From assembly GCA_027622665.1 (NCBI GenBank), contig JAQBYT010000003.1, positions 64,001 through 128,000 on the forward strand: 64,000 bases of DNA, given 5' to 3'. Both the position numbers and the translations under genes were made by a program. The DNA is from Verrucomicrobiota bacterium. GTDB taxonomy: Bacteria; Verrucomicrobiota; Verrucomicrobiia; Opitutales; Seribacteraceae. Positions 52,701-62,866 of the stretch are shown in pieces. The notes beneath the pieces were generated by a model. That model searched no databases, had not been told where the DNA came from, and saw nothing but the letters and a program-made list of their open reading frames with translations. Numbering within the stretch: the first letter of the stretch is position 1; each line of letters starts with the position of its first letter.

Positions 52701-53994
52701 CTTTGCGCTACGCCGACACACGTCCACCCTCGCAGCATTCGGGAGACCCGGCATCGAAAAATTAGTCGCCTTCGCCCAAGACACGGAAAGCACCGAAGCG
52801 GAACTCGCCGCACTCGAAGCTATCGCTCAGGTCGATGCAATCTCAGCTGCGAGGCTCGCTCCGGCTTTTCTGGCAAAAATCCCCAACGAAGTCGATGCCG
52901 CCCCTCTCTTCGCTCATCTATTACGTTCAGCTGAAGCACCTAAGATTCTTGCCTCGGGCCTAACGGGGAAAACTCTCTCGGCAAACTCCGCACTCGCAGG
53001 CATACGCGCCACCACCACCTCCGGTCGGGATCTCTCCGCCCTCGTCGCCGCAATTCGCAAAGCGGGCAACCTGAAACCCATGATCCAAAACCTTTCTGCA
53101 GCCGAAATGAAAAATCTCACCTCAGATGTGGGGAAACACGGAGATCCCGCTATCGGTGAACAAGTCTACCGCCGAAAAGCTCTCGCCTGCATGGCATGCC
53201 ACGCAATCGGCGGAGTGGGACCACAAGTCGGTCCCGACTTGGTCAGCATTGGTGCGTCCGCCCCCATCGACTACCTCGTCGACTCCCTACTCGCCCCATC
53301 GAAAAAAATCAAGGAGGGCTATCATCTCACCGTAGTTAACGCAAAAGGAGGCAAAGTCGCAGCGGGTCTGGAGCTAAGCGCAAACAAGACCAAAGTCGTA
53401 ATCCGTGACGCATCAGGAGCAATCATCGAAATCCCCTCCCAAGAGATACTATCCAAGTCGATATCTCCCACTTCACTCATGCCCGCGGGACTCACGGCAT
53501 CTCTTACCCGCGACGAGTTCCTCCACCTCACGGCGTTCCTATCCGCCCTAGGCAAGGAAGGAGCCTATCGACACCCCAAAGAAGCTTTCGTACGATCCGT
53601 GGAAGTACCCAGCGCCGAAAGCGCCCGCACCTTTAAACAGGCCAACAACTTCCTCAAAGACTCGCCTGAACGCTCGAACAAACTCCACGCTCTCGTAAAC
53701 GGCTCCATACCCTTGGCGGAAATACCTGCATCCCCGAACGGCAACCGCTATCTCCGTTTTCGGCTACAAGCCGACGACCCCGAGGAAATTCGCTTTTCGC
53801 TCGACGAAGCGAATGGTCTTCACATGCAACACGAAGGACGTCGCGTCTACTTTCAACCCCAAGCTAAAATGTTCAAGCATTCGGTAAAAAGCGGCACCCA
53901 TACCTATGTGCTCGCCATTACACCTCAATATCCCGCCGACGGCATCAAATTGAGATTCCATTCCGCATCCGCAAAAGTCCGTCTTCTCGATTGA
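49768..53994 (+). CDS. PVC-type heme-binding CxxCH protein: SGNH/GDSL-like N-domain, dehydrogenase-like propeller, HEAT repeats and cytochrome c
   Basis: FRNLGWSADT, FASEP..KNP...WDERGRLWV, DVDRDGVAD, HPRVRLEA and CMACH...VGPDL. Confidence 0.9.
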   Translation: MRKLLITLALSLTAGSINADETIVFKKGDRVVFVGPTFVERTARFGHLETALTLAMPEKELIFRNLGWSADTVKGESRGYEKPQSGYANLLRSIRESKPTLLFLAYGPAESWEVTPETFAANYQKLLNDLKDLGARKVLVSPFLQENWGPPMPNPTAHNEDLRKHTEIIAKLAAKNALAHISLIDLIKPEVEKGKRLTMNSLHLDDTGYRALAKTFLAKLGLVTPDLNTAKAIRLRDLIREKNALHFHSWRPQNQTYILSFRKHEQGRHAKDLPKFAPHIAEKEQVIRKLLLTPEEQVNLPAKPKPPSWESIKPSKEAQLDMQTLQVPDDLELNVFASEPAIKNPVQSAWDERGRLWVATAESYPHIAPGFVINDKIIILEDVDRDGVADRRQVFADGLLMPTAILPGHGGVYVGTSTEILHLRDTDGDGRADEKTILISGLGTEDTHHVVHSLRHTEDGKVGFNQSIYINTHIETPWGVRRLLKSGVWAFDPNTHDMEVFAYGLVNPWGHETDEFGQSFLTDGAGGAGIHYAFPGAAYVTSAYHSRAEVLPGLNPGQPKQCGLTIINSGIFPEKYRGLLVTNDFRGHRTISFRLSENGSGFFSTQKEDLIHVASKGTDRHGSAGMYRPIDIDEGPDGALYVNDWSNHIIQHGEVDFHDKRRDHEHGRIWRLLPKDASRPHHADLPKKKPADWLNALASPELYVRRVARRLLVEKAGPSILPNLLEKARGTDKDETLLEYLWTARSLRAKIPHDLFKRLAESENFRIRAAAIRLGYDKPDAIDDPHPRVRLEAICALRSQGDLKAIETLIRATDHETDRNIDFALREALRHLRPIWEGKTTFENHPTRLARVVALTRSQAPLDSLLASLKAMQTGDSKRLSTLQALATAGQPKHLDAVLNASLEENLKATDRLILLRSLLATKKNRKLMPGKDRGRLAKLFEHPVLGSDALRLAAYWNLAGAQEVAVKRLAGASAEDLFALRRHTSTLAAFGRPGIEKLVAFAQDTESTEAELAALEAIAQVDAISAARLAPAFLAKIPNEVDAAPLFAHLLRSAEAPKILASGLTGKTLSANSALAGIRATTTSGRDLSALVAAIRKAGNLKPMIQNLSAAEMKNLTSDVGKHGDPAIGEQVYRRKALACMACHAIGGVGPQVGPDLVSIGASAPIDYLVDSLLAPSKKIKEGYHLTVVNAKGGKVAAGLELSANKTKVVIRDASGAIIEIPSQEILSKSISPTSLMPAGLTASLTRDEFLHLTAFLSALGKEGAYRHPKEAFVRSVEVPSAESARTFKQANNFLKDSPERSNKLHALVNGSIPLAEIPASPNGNRYLRFRLQADDPEEIRFSLDEANGLHMQHEGRRVYFQPQAKMFKHSVKSGTHTYVLAITPQYPADGIKLRFHSASAKVRLLD

Positions 53995-54137
53995 CGACCG
54001 AGGAGTCGGTAATGAATTTTCTACGCTCGTCGAGAAAACTACGTTTCCGAAAAGGCTAGTGACAAACAGCGCAAGATTTTGTAATGGATGAAAACTCTGC
54101 TAATGAGCTATAATTCGGGTTATCTCATTGCTTTGAA

Positions 54138-55424
54138 ATGAATTCTTTACGCATAAGGCTACTCGCCGTCCTGGCCGGAATAGTAATTATGGGGAGCGGG
54201 TACTTCTTGATTTATGAAGAAGAAAAAACCAGCTGGATAATATCTGGAGGCGAATCCGGCGGACATTATGATGAGGCAGCTAAGGCAATTGCTGATGTTC
54301 TTCGCAATTCAAATGGGTGGAAGGTCGAAGTTTCTGGGAGTTCCGGAAGCGGGGACAACCTAACTCGCTTGGCAAAGGGAGAGGTCGACCTTTGCCTTGT
54401 GCAAAACGATTTGCCACGAGGCGAAAGCGGCAGAGCGGTAACCGCTCTTTACGAAGAGGTTCTGCATGTAATCATTAAGGATGAAAACAAGACTTTGTCG
54501 GACTTAGCAGGCGCGACAGTCTCCATCGGCCCCGAAGGAGGAGGCACGGAGACCTTGGCAATTGCCCTGTTTAAGCAATTCGGCATTTCCAATAATCTGG
54601 TCCAGTGGCGAAGGGAGAGCTTGAGGGAGGGTCTAATCAGTTTGAGGGAGGGAGAGGCGGAAGCTTTATGCGTAGTCACGGGTATCGGCAACGCTCTGGT
54701 CAGTGAGGCATTGAGAAAAGGAGATCTCAATCTCTTGCATCTAGGCAAGAAACCGGCGGCGAACTTATCTCTAGCGTACCCCTTCATTCACCATGCCGAG
54801 ATTCCCTCAGGTGCGTATCCCATTGAGGCGGGCAAAGGTTTGCCTCGTGAGAAATTGCCGACTATTGGAACAGATGTTATCCTAGCTTGTTCAAGCGATT
54901 TATCCGACTCCGCCGCATTGCAACTCACGAAAAGCCTAAACGAAGGTCGCGGGTCCCTGGCGGTCAGGCAACCATTGCTAGCTCAACTGACCTGCCCGAC
55001 CTTGCCCCACCATCAGTTCCCCCTTCATGAGGGAACTCGTCAATACTACGAAAGAGATGAGCCGACCTTTATACAAAACTGGTCTAAACCCATTGCCTTG
55101 CTCGTCTCTCTTCTAGCTGTTGCATGGGGAATCGGAGTAACCTTGCGTGAACTGTTTTTGCAACGCCGCAAGAACGGTTTGGACGTTAATTTCGAACAGG
55201 TCGACGAGATAACTTCCGAACTCGTAAAAGGCACGGAACCAGAACGCATTCAAGCTATTGCGAGCAAACTGCATGACATTCGTCGTCAAACAACTCGAAA
55301 ACTAATGGCGGAAGAACTTGCCGCCAACGAATCCTTTGTCATTTTCCAGAGACAACTCCATACTGCTCAGCAAATGGTAAACGAATTTATTAGAAATAAC
55401 GAAAACAGTTCAAACAAAGGATAA
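54138..55424 (+). CDS. TAXI family solute-binding protein with an extra C-terminal TM helix and helical tail
   Basis: Motifs GGESGGHY, SSGSGDNL, LVQND, LYEEVLH, GPEGGGT and PLHEG..QYY, followed by a TM helix. Confidence 0.85.
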   Translation: MNSLRIRLLAVLAGIVIMGSGYFLIYEEEKTSWIISGGESGGHYDEAAKAIADVLRNSNGWKVEVSGSSGSGDNLTRLAKGEVDLCLVQNDLPRGESGRAVTALYEEVLHVIIKDENKTLSDLAGATVSIGPEGGGTETLAIALFKQFGISNNLVQWRRESLREGLISLREGEAEALCVVTGIGNALVSEALRKGDLNLLHLGKKPAANLSLAYPFIHHAEIPSGAYPIEAGKGLPREKLPTIGTDVILACSSDLSDSAALQLTKSLNEGRGSLAVRQPLLAQLTCPTLPHHQFPLHEGTRQYYERDEPTFIQNWSKPIALLVSLLAVAWGIGVTLRELFLQRRKNGLDVNFEQVDEITSELVKGTEPERIQAIASKLHDIRRQTTRKLMAEELAANESFVIFQRQLHTAQQMVNEFIRNNENSSNKG

Positions 55425-55430
55425 ATCAAA

Positions 55431-56033
55431 ATGAGTTCAACAGCCATAACCATTGCCGCAGTCGTCGGTGGCACCGTGATCCTGATCGCCGTCGTGGTAA
55501 AAATATATAACTCGCTGGTGACCTTGAAAAATCGATTCGAGAACGCCTTCTCCCAAATCGAAGTGCAACTCCAACGGCGCTATGACTTGATCCCTAATTT
55601 GGTAGAAACCGTAAAGGGGTACATGAAACATGAAAGAGAAACCCTGGAAGCCGTAATCCAAGCCCGAAATCAAGCATCGCAAAGCCTACAAGCAGCATCA
55701 GGGAATCCGGGCGATGCTACAGCCATGGCGAGTCTGGCGGGTGCGGAAGGCATGCTGGGTGGAGCATTGGGAAGACTCTTCGCACTCTCGGAAAGCTATC
55801 CTGACCTCAAAGCCAATCAAAACGTCTCGAATTTGCAGGAAGAGCTCAGCACCACGGAAAACAAAGTCTCGTTTTCGAGACAGGCTTTCAACGACGCAGT
55901 TACCAGTTACAACACTTACAAACAGACCTTCCCCCCCGTGTTTTTCGCCGGAATGTTCGGTCACGGGCAAGACGCGAGTTTATTGGAATTCGACAGCAAT
56001 GCCATAAAGGAAGCCCCGAAGGTTTCGTTCTAA
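55431..56033 (+). CDS. lemA: LemA family protein
   Basis: Motifs YNSLV, QIEVQLQRRYDLIPNLVETVKGY, YPDLKA and TENKVSFSRQ. Confidence 0.95.
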   Translation: MSSTAITIAAVVGGTVILIAVVVKIYNSLVTLKNRFENAFSQIEVQLQRRYDLIPNLVETVKGYMKHERETLEAVIQARNQASQSLQAASGNPGDATAMASLAGAEGMLGGALGRLFALSESYPDLKANQNVSNLQEELSTTENKVSFSRQAFNDAVTSYNTYKQTFPPVFFAGMFGHGQDASLLEFDSNAIKEAPKVSF

Positions 56034-56068
56034 AGTCTAATCAGCGATTGGTTTAATATTTCAGGCAG

Positions 56069-58000
56069 GTGGATTTTTTCGAACACCAAGACAAAGCCCG
56101 TCGCAACACCGGACTACTAATCCTCTATTTCGGATTGGCGGTTCTTTGCATCTTCGGCGCGCTGTTTACCTTGGCCTCCTATTTTCTATCGAGGGATCCT
56201 TATAGTGAAAAAATCCTCTGGGATATAGGTTTGGCGGTGCAGGTCGCACTGGGCACCGGCTTATTCGTGGGATTGGGTAGTCTTTATAAAATCGCCACTT
56301 TGAATGGAGGGGGCAAGGTAGTAGCAGAATCATTGGGAGGAAATCCACTCTATCCCGGCACCGATGACCCAAAGGAAAAACGCCTCTTGAACATTGTGGA
56401 GGAAATGGCCATTGCATCAGGCACTCCGGTTCCCCCGGTCTATCTCATAGAGGAAAACTCGATCAACGCGTTCGCCGCAGGTCACTCTCCCGAAAACGCC
56501 GTCATTGGGGTTACGCGAGGTTGCATTGACAAACTGAACCGGGATCAACTTCAAGGAGTCATGGCTCACGAGTTCAGCCATATATTGAATGGCGACATGA
56601 GAATGAACATTCGCCTCATCGGAGTCCTTCATGGAATTCTACTAATCGCCGGCCTTGGTTATTTCCTTATGCGCATTGCTCCCTACCTAGGTGGCGGGAG
56701 ACGAAATCGTGAAAGCGGAGGACTGGGTATCGCCCTGCTTGTGGCAGGAATAGGCATGCTGGTCATCGGTTATGTCGGGGCCTTTTTCGGTGGTCTGATT
56801 AAGGCAGCAGTCAGTCGTCAACGGGAATTTCTTGCGGATGCTTCCGCCGTACAATTCACTCGCAATCCTCAAGGTATTTCGGGCGCATTGAAGAAGATAG
56901 GAGGACTGACCGAAGGGTCGCGAATAGAAGCGCCAAAGGCGAACGAATGTAGTCACATGTTTTTCGGAGCGAGCGTTGCTAGCCTTTTCGCCACCCACCC
57001 GCAACTCGAGAAACGCATACGACGTATCGATCCGAACTGGAAAGGAAGTTTTCCAGATACCGACAACCTAACGGAACATCCGGACACCACCGAATTCGTC
57101 GGCGCATCCGGCTTCTTGGGTGAAATCGGAAAAGCTGCTAAGAGTAAGCCGAAAGCCGGTACCAGAACCAGAACCGCAAGACCTCGGGACGCTATTCGCT
57201 CCGCGGGCAACCCAACCCAAGCACATGTTGAACATGCCCGCAAGGTAATCACCAAGACCCCGGCAGCACTTCTAGACCAAGTCCGGGAACCCTTCGGGGC
57301 CCGCTGCGTAATCTTCGCCCTCCTGCTTGACGAAGTTGATAAACTCGTGCGCGATAAACAGATCGCCCTTTTGCTCCGTCAAACAGAACGCGGTTCGGTC
57401 GAAGAAACAGAGACGGCATCCTCCCGCCTGCCAGATCTTTCCTCCGAGCAGAAGTTCGCCCTCGTGGCAATGGCTGCTCCGGCTCTTGCCCACCTTTCTC
57501 CAGGCCAGTATGCCGCCTTCCGCAACACTGTGGAGCACTTGGTCGCCGCGGATAAAAGACTCGACCTCTTCGAGTGGAGTCTGCGTAAAGTAATCGATCA
57601 CGACCTTGGTCGCCGTTTTTCCAAAAGGCGCTCGCCGCACGGTTCGGCTTCCATCCGCCGATTGCTTCCCGACTGCCTTCTCGTCCTAGGAACATTGGCC
57701 CGCCACGGGCAGGACGGGATGGAGCCGGAACCCTCGTTCAACGCTGGAGCCTCTGCCCTCACCCGGTCGAAGACTCTCTCCCTACCTTCCGTAAAGGAAT
57801 GCGGAGTGACTCAACTGAATGAAGCCGTGACGCGCCTCGAGCGGCTCACGCCTCTGGAAAAACGTTCTCTTCTGGAAGCCTGCTCGCGAACCATCGACTT
57901 CGATGGTAAAGCCACTGAAGTGGAAGTCCAAGTTCTTCGCGGAGTGGCAGCGGGAATCTCGTGCCCATTGCCTCCGGTTACAGCAGAAATCGACTCGTAG
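56069..58000 (+). CDS. M48/HtpX-like membrane zinc metallopeptidase, long form
   Basis: Motifs MDFFEHQD, INAFAAG, AHEFSH, SRQREFLADA and THP. Confidence 0.92.
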   Translation: MDFFEHQDKARRNTGLLILYFGLAVLCIFGALFTLASYFLSRDPYSEKILWDIGLAVQVALGTGLFVGLGSLYKIATLNGGGKVVAESLGGNPLYPGTDDPKEKRLLNIVEEMAIASGTPVPPVYLIEENSINAFAAGHSPENAVIGVTRGCIDKLNRDQLQGVMAHEFSHILNGDMRMNIRLIGVLHGILLIAGLGYFLMRIAPYLGGGRRNRESGGLGIALLVAGIGMLVIGYVGAFFGGLIKAAVSRQREFLADASAVQFTRNPQGISGALKKIGGLTEGSRIEAPKANECSHMFFGASVASLFATHPQLEKRIRRIDPNWKGSFPDTDNLTEHPDTTEFVGASGFLGEIGKAAKSKPKAGTRTRTARPRDAIRSAGNPTQAHVEHARKVITKTPAALLDQVREPFGARCVIFALLLDEVDKLVRDKQIALLLRQTERGSVEETETASSRLPDLSSEQKFALVAMAAPALAHLSPGQYAAFRNTVEHLVAADKRLDLFEWSLRKVIDHDLGRRFSKRRSPHGSASIRRLLPDCLLVLGTLARHGQDGMEPEPSFNAGASALTRSKTLSLPSVKECGVTQLNEAVTRLERLTPLEKRSLLEACSRTIDFDGKATEVEVQVLRGVAAGISCPLPPVTAEIDS

Positions 58001-58038
58001 GCATCAAGACAAGGCAGGTCCTTTTACTGGGGAAACGG

Positions 58039-59310
58039 TTATTTACCGATGGTTTCGATGATCTTGACGATTGGCAGGAAAAGGGCGATCACGATAAATC
58101 CCACCACGACGGCAAGAAAGACGATCATTACCGGCTCGATCAAGGAGACCATACCAGCCACGGCGTTGTCCACGTCCTCGTCGTAGTTGTCTGCAATACG
58201 AGTGAGCATCGCGGGAAGCTCTCCCGTTTCCTCACCAATTTCAACCATGCTGGAAACCATCGTGGGAAACACGTCTTCTCTCTCCATTTGAGTGGCCATG
58301 GCTTCACCGTCCCTAACGGAATCATGTATATTGTTTATTGCCTCGGCGAAGTATGAATTGTTCAAAGTATCGCGAGTGATTTGCAAGGCTTGCAAAATGG
58401 GTACGCCGCTACTTAGCAAAGTACCGAAGGTACGAGTAATTCTCGAAATGTTCGATTTACTGATTACATCTCTAATCGCAGGCACGTGAAGGCCCAACCA
58501 GTCGAACACACGAGAACCTTTTTTTGTTTGCTTGAACATGAAAAGGCCAAACACCGTGCCTCCCATGCCGCCCAAAACGAGTATTGGATGTCCCGAAAAA
58601 AGTTCGCTGATATTAATCACGACCTGAGTAGGTCCGGGCAGAGGGGCACCTCGAAGCATTTGCTGGAAAATAGCTTCAAATTGTGGAACCACCACCATCA
58701 TCAACAAGGTGACGATGACCACCGCGACAAACATAATTACGCTTGGGTAAATCATGGCGGACTTCACTTTCTTTATGGTGCGGATGGATTTTTCCTGAAA
58801 TTGAGACAAGCGATCGAGAACGAGTTCCAAGACACCGCCGGCCTCCCCGGCCCTGACCATATTGACGTATAAGTTATCAAAAGTCTTTGGGTACGTAGCC
58901 AGCCCATCGGAAAGGTTTCCGCCGGACGACACTTTCTCGGAAATTTTCTCTAGCATTTCCTTGAACTTCGGTTTTTTCTCCTGCTGTTTGGTCATGACCT
59001 CGAGGCTTCGAAGAAGGGGTAAACCTGCCTGAACCAGAGTCGCCATTTGCCGGGTGAAAATCGAGATGTCCTCACTATTGGGACCGCCGCCTATTTCGAT
59101 ATTGAACCCCTTCTTGCCTTTCTTTTTTTTCTTGCCCGCACCTCCTCCTGCCTTGCCGGCTGATGGGGCTTCCCGTGAGGGAGAGATTTCGGAAACCATT
59201 AGCCCGCGCTGCCCCAAAAGAGCCAAGGCCTGTTCTTGGGATTCCGCCTCTACGCTACCGTTGGAAGAAGAGCCGTTTTGATCGACTGCAACATAATTAA
59301 AAACTGCCAT
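58039..59310 (-). CDS. pilC: Type IV pilus / T2SS inner-membrane platform protein (PilC/GspF)
   Basis: Motifs FTRQMATL..AGLP, AGEAGG, SAMIYP, GEETGEL and LIEP. Confidence 0.92.
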   Translation of the reverse strand: MAVFNYVAVDQNGSSSNGSVEAESQEQALALLGQRGLMVSEISPSREAPSAGKAGGGAGKKKKKGKKGFNIEIGGGPNSEDISIFTRQMATLVQAGLPLLRSLEVMTKQQEKKPKFKEMLEKISEKVSSGGNLSDGLATYPKTFDNLYVNMVRAGEAGGVLELVLDRLSQFQEKSIRTIKKVKSAMIYPSVIMFVAVVIVTLLMMVVVPQFEAIFQQMLRGAPLPGPTQVVINISELFSGHPILVLGGMGGTVFGLFMFKQTKKGSRVFDWLGLHVPAIRDVISKSNISRITRTFGTLLSSGVPILQALQITRDTLNNSYFAEAINNIHDSVRDGEAMATQMEREDVFPTMVSSMVEIGEETGELPAMLTRIADNYDEDVDNAVAGMVSLIEPVMIVFLAVVVGFIVIALFLPIVKIIETIGK

Positions 59311-59331
59311 AATTCAAGATATTGGAGATTT

Positions 59332-61023
59332 CTAGGTATATTTCAAGACTTCCTCGATAGTAGTTTTACCATCAAAGATTGAGCGAAGGCCATCTTCGCG
59401 AAGAGTACGCATTCCTTGTTCAATGGCTTTTTGCCGAAGAACAAGCGTAGCTGCTCCGCCATTAATAAGTTCACGAAAGCTGTCTGTAATAGAGATCATC
59501 TCAAAGAGGCCGGAACGGCCACGGTATCCCGTCTGGTTACACTCGGGGCATCCACCACCAAAGTAAAATTTTCGATCACCGAGTTCTTGCGAATTAAGTC
59601 CGAGAGCTTCCAGAATATCGCGCTTTGGTTTGTATTCTTGTTTGCACTCCTTGCAAATTTTACGAACCAGACGCTGGCCAAGCACAAACTCGATTGAAGC
59701 AGAAAGCAGGAACGGTTCGAGTCCCATGTCGATGAGACGAGTGATGGCGCCGGGAGCATCGTTTGTGTGCAAGGTACTTAGAACCACATGCCCCGTCAGA
59801 GAGGCTTGCACGGCAATACGCGCGGTCTCAATGTCGCGAATTTCACCGACCATGATCTTATCCGGATCTTGACGAAGGAAAGCACGAAGCGCTCGGGCAA
59901 AATCTAGACCGACCTTATGATTGACCGGCACCTGCATGATCCCCTCGATCTCGTATTCCACCGGATCTTCGGCGGTCAAGATTTTGGTATCAATCACATT
60001 AATCTCACGCAAAGCACTGTATAAAGTGGTTGTCTTACCTGAACCGGTGGGACCGGTTACAATGAAAATTCCGTTGGGACGTCTGACAGCTGCTCGTATT
60101 CCTTCTTTTATGTTTTCCGGTAATCCGAGATTATCAAGATCTAGATTCACGGCCGATTGATCCAAGACACGAAGCACAACGCTTTCCCCGAACTGCGTAG
60201 GCAGGGTTGAAACTCGAAGATCTACGGGGCGACCCGCAATCGTCATTCTGATGCGACCGTCCTGAGGTACACGGTGCTCGGCAATATTCAGCTCGGAAAT
60301 GACCTTCACTCTGGAGATAACAGGAAGCGCCAAGCTTTTGGGTGGAGGCGACATCTCATAAAGTGCTCCGTCGACCCGATAACGAATACGAAACTCATTT
60401 TCAAAGGGTTCAAAGTGAATATCTGAAGCTTTAGCACGAACTGCTTGCTGAAGAACAAGATTTACGAACCGGATGACGGGAGTCTCATTAGCTGCGTCAA
60501 TGAGTTCGCTCTCCTTCGCTTCGTCCAAGTTTTCGAAACCTTCGGAACTGATATCGCCCAAAAGATCGGCGAGAGTCGACTCATCCTTACCGTAATGCTG
60601 TTCGATAAGGCGATTAACCTCCTCGGGATCACACACGATAAGACATATGTCCAAGTTAAGGGAAAAAGTAAGATCGTCGATAATGGAGGAATTAAAAGGA
60701 TCAGCGGCCAAAAGGTGTAGTCCGTCTGTAGAAAGGTACAAAGGAACTACTCCGTATTGATTGGCTACGTCGCTCTTAACTAAAGCAAGAACTTCACCCT
60801 CAATTTCATCCAATGCTCCGACCTGCACCTCGTAGCCAAGATACTCTCCGACGAGACCAAACACATCGGCCCGAGAAGCGATTCCTGCACGCACAATCTC
60901 TTCGGCATAGGATTTTTGCCCGTCTCGAACATCCTCATCGAACAATTCGTCCAATCCATGTTGCGAAACTCCTTCGACTTGCGAGAAGATTTCACGAACA
61001 ATGGAGTTATGATCGATATACAT
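59332..61023 (-). CDS. GspE/PilB family assembly ATPase
   Basis: Motifs [34 protein letters not shown] and Zn-binding Cys pairs. Confidence 0.95.
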   Translation of the reverse strand: MYIDHNSIVREIFSQVEGVSQHGLDELFDEDVRDGQKSYAEEIVRAGIASRADVFGLVGEYLGYEVQVGALDEIEGEVLALVKSDVANQYGVVPLYLSTDGLHLLAADPFNSSIIDDLTFSLNLDICLIVCDPEEVNRLIEQHYGKDESTLADLLGDISSEGFENLDEAKESELIDAANETPVIRFVNLVLQQAVRAKASDIHFEPFENEFRIRYRVDGALYEMSPPPKSLALPVISRVKVISELNIAEHRVPQDGRIRMTIAGRPVDLRVSTLPTQFGESVVLRVLDQSAVNLDLDNLGLPENIKEGIRAAVRRPNGIFIVTGPTGSGKTTTLYSALREINVIDTKILTAEDPVEYEIEGIMQVPVNHKVGLDFARALRAFLRQDPDKIMVGEIRDIETARIAVQASLTGHVVLSTLHTNDAPGAITRLIDMGLEPFLLSASIEFVLGQRLVRKICKECKQEYKPKRDILEALGLNSQELGDRKFYFGGGCPECNQTGYRGRSGLFEMISITDSFRELINGGAATLVLRQKAIEQGMRTLREDGLRSIFDGKTTIEEVLKYT

Positions 61024-61035
61024 CGTGGTTTGCTC

Positions 61036-62763
61036 CTACTCCTCGGCAATGGTACTCATGAGCACCTCATCAAGAGTGGTAATGCCTGCAAGCACTTTGC
61101 GAAAACCGTCGACTCGCATCGAACGCATACCCATCTGACGAGCTTTGTGGCGCAACTCGACCAAGCTGACGTTATTGTAGATCATTGCCTCGATTTCCTC
61201 GTCCACGATAAAAATCTCGAATAGGCCCTTTCGGCCACGATACCCCGAACCACCGCAATTGTCGCAACCTGCCCCCATCATGAATGAGGCTTTCTGAGCT
61301 TGCTTTTCGTTGAGTCCGAGGATCTTCAACTCATTGGCGGTGGGATCATAGGGTTGCTTGCAACCTTGACAGATGGAACGGACCAAACGCTGAGCCAATG
61401 CCGCCCGCAAGGAAGCCGACACAAGGAAGGGCTTAACACCCATGTCGATCAATCGGGAAACCGCGCTGGGAGCATCATTAGTGTGTAAAGTACTAAATAC
61501 CATATGACCGGTGAGAGAGGCGTTAATCGCAATCTCGGCAGTTTCAAGATCACGAATTTCTCCCACCATAACAATATTTGGAGCTTGCCGCAACATGGCT
61601 CGTAAAGCAGCAGTGAAAGTCATCCCCACCTCTGCCCTCACTTGCACTTGATTGATTCCTGCAAGTTCGTACTCGACGGGATCCTCGACGGTGATAATCT
61701 TACGGTCTGGAGTATTGATGACGTTGAGGGCGGAATAAAGGGTGGTCGACTTCCCGGATCCCGTTGGCCCGGTTACAAGAAAGATACCGTCCGGCATGCC
61801 GATAATTCTCTCGAACGTCTCTTGATCGTCTGCAAAAAAGCCCAGCTGAGGCAAACCAAGACGAAGGCTTTCCTTGTCGAGAATTCGCATGACAATACTT
61901 TCTCCATGAGCAGTCGGCAATGTCGATACGCGGAGGTCAATCACCTTTGCTCCAGCCTTGACGGTGATCCTACCGTCAAGCGGTACGCGCTTCTCGGCCA
62001 AACTAACGTTTGCCATTAACTTAGTACGAGAGAGAATCGATGGTTGCAGACGTTTCGGTGGGTCGGGTTGCTCTCGTAATTTGCCGTCGATCCGAAATCT
62101 TATGCGAAATTTCTTCTCCAGAGGCTCCATATGGATATCCGAAGCCCGCATCTCCAAGGCATCCTTAATGAGGGAATGAACATACTTGATGATGGGAGCG
62201 TCTTCCTCGCTAACCGTTTCGGTGTGCATGCCATCGCCTATTTCGAGATCCTCTTCCGCAATATCGCTGAAGAAATCAGCCATTTTCCGTTCGTCTGCCA
62301 CACCGTAAGCCTCATCGATCGATTTCAGAACATCCCCTCGATAGGCAATCCTAGGATTAATGGTTTTGCCGAGAACATGAGCGAGATTATCGAATGCGTC
62401 CTGATCAACCGGATTAGCAAGAGCGAGATCGATCTCGGTTCCGTTTAGCTCCAAAGGGAAAACCTCATATTGACGAGCAACCTCGACCGGAACGGCTGCA
62501 AGAGCGTCATTGCCTGGTTTGACTAAGGAAAGATCCACTGCTTCCATGTTCAACTCGGAAGCAAGGAAATCGACGAATATCCGACTGGAAGAACCCGTTA
62601 TCTCGATAAGCCTATCCATGAAAGCCAGATCAGGGTCTACGGACACTTTCAGTTCATCGGACTGGACCGACTCCAATTCCGCCCGAACGGAAGCCACAAT
62701 TTGATCAAAACCTTCGTTGTTTTGTTCGAAGGCCTGCAGCAAGTATTCGTCGGTCTGGTTCAC
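61036..62763 (-). CDS. GspE/PilB family assembly ATPase (second copy)
   Basis: Motifs [29 protein letters not shown] and Cys pairs. Confidence 0.95.
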   Translation of the reverse strand: MNQTDEYLLQAFEQNNEGFDQIVASVRAELESVQSDELKVSVDPDLAFMDRLIEITGSSSRIFVDFLASELNMEAVDLSLVKPGNDALAAVPVEVARQYEVFPLELNGTEIDLALANPVDQDAFDNLAHVLGKTINPRIAYRGDVLKSIDEAYGVADERKMADFFSDIAEEDLEIGDGMHTETVSEEDAPIIKYVHSLIKDALEMRASDIHMEPLEKKFRIRFRIDGKLREQPDPPKRLQPSILSRTKLMANVSLAEKRVPLDGRITVKAGAKVIDLRVSTLPTAHGESIVMRILDKESLRLGLPQLGFFADDQETFERIIGMPDGIFLVTGPTGSGKSTTLYSALNVINTPDRKIITVEDPVEYELAGINQVQVRAEVGMTFTAALRAMLRQAPNIVMVGEIRDLETAEIAINASLTGHMVFSTLHTNDAPSAVSRLIDMGVKPFLVSASLRAALAQRLVRSICQGCKQPYDPTANELKILGLNEKQAQKASFMMGAGCDNCGGSGYRGRKGLFEIFIVDEEIEAMIYNNVSLVELRHKARQMGMRSMRVDGFRKVLAGITTLDEVLMSTIAEE

Positions 62764-62866
62764 GGAGCTAAAAAGTATCGATTAAGATACGGAAACCTCT
62801 TGAAAAAAGGCAACCGAAAGAAAAGCGAACAAACCGCCCGACAAGAAGACCCCGCAAGAAAGCGTA

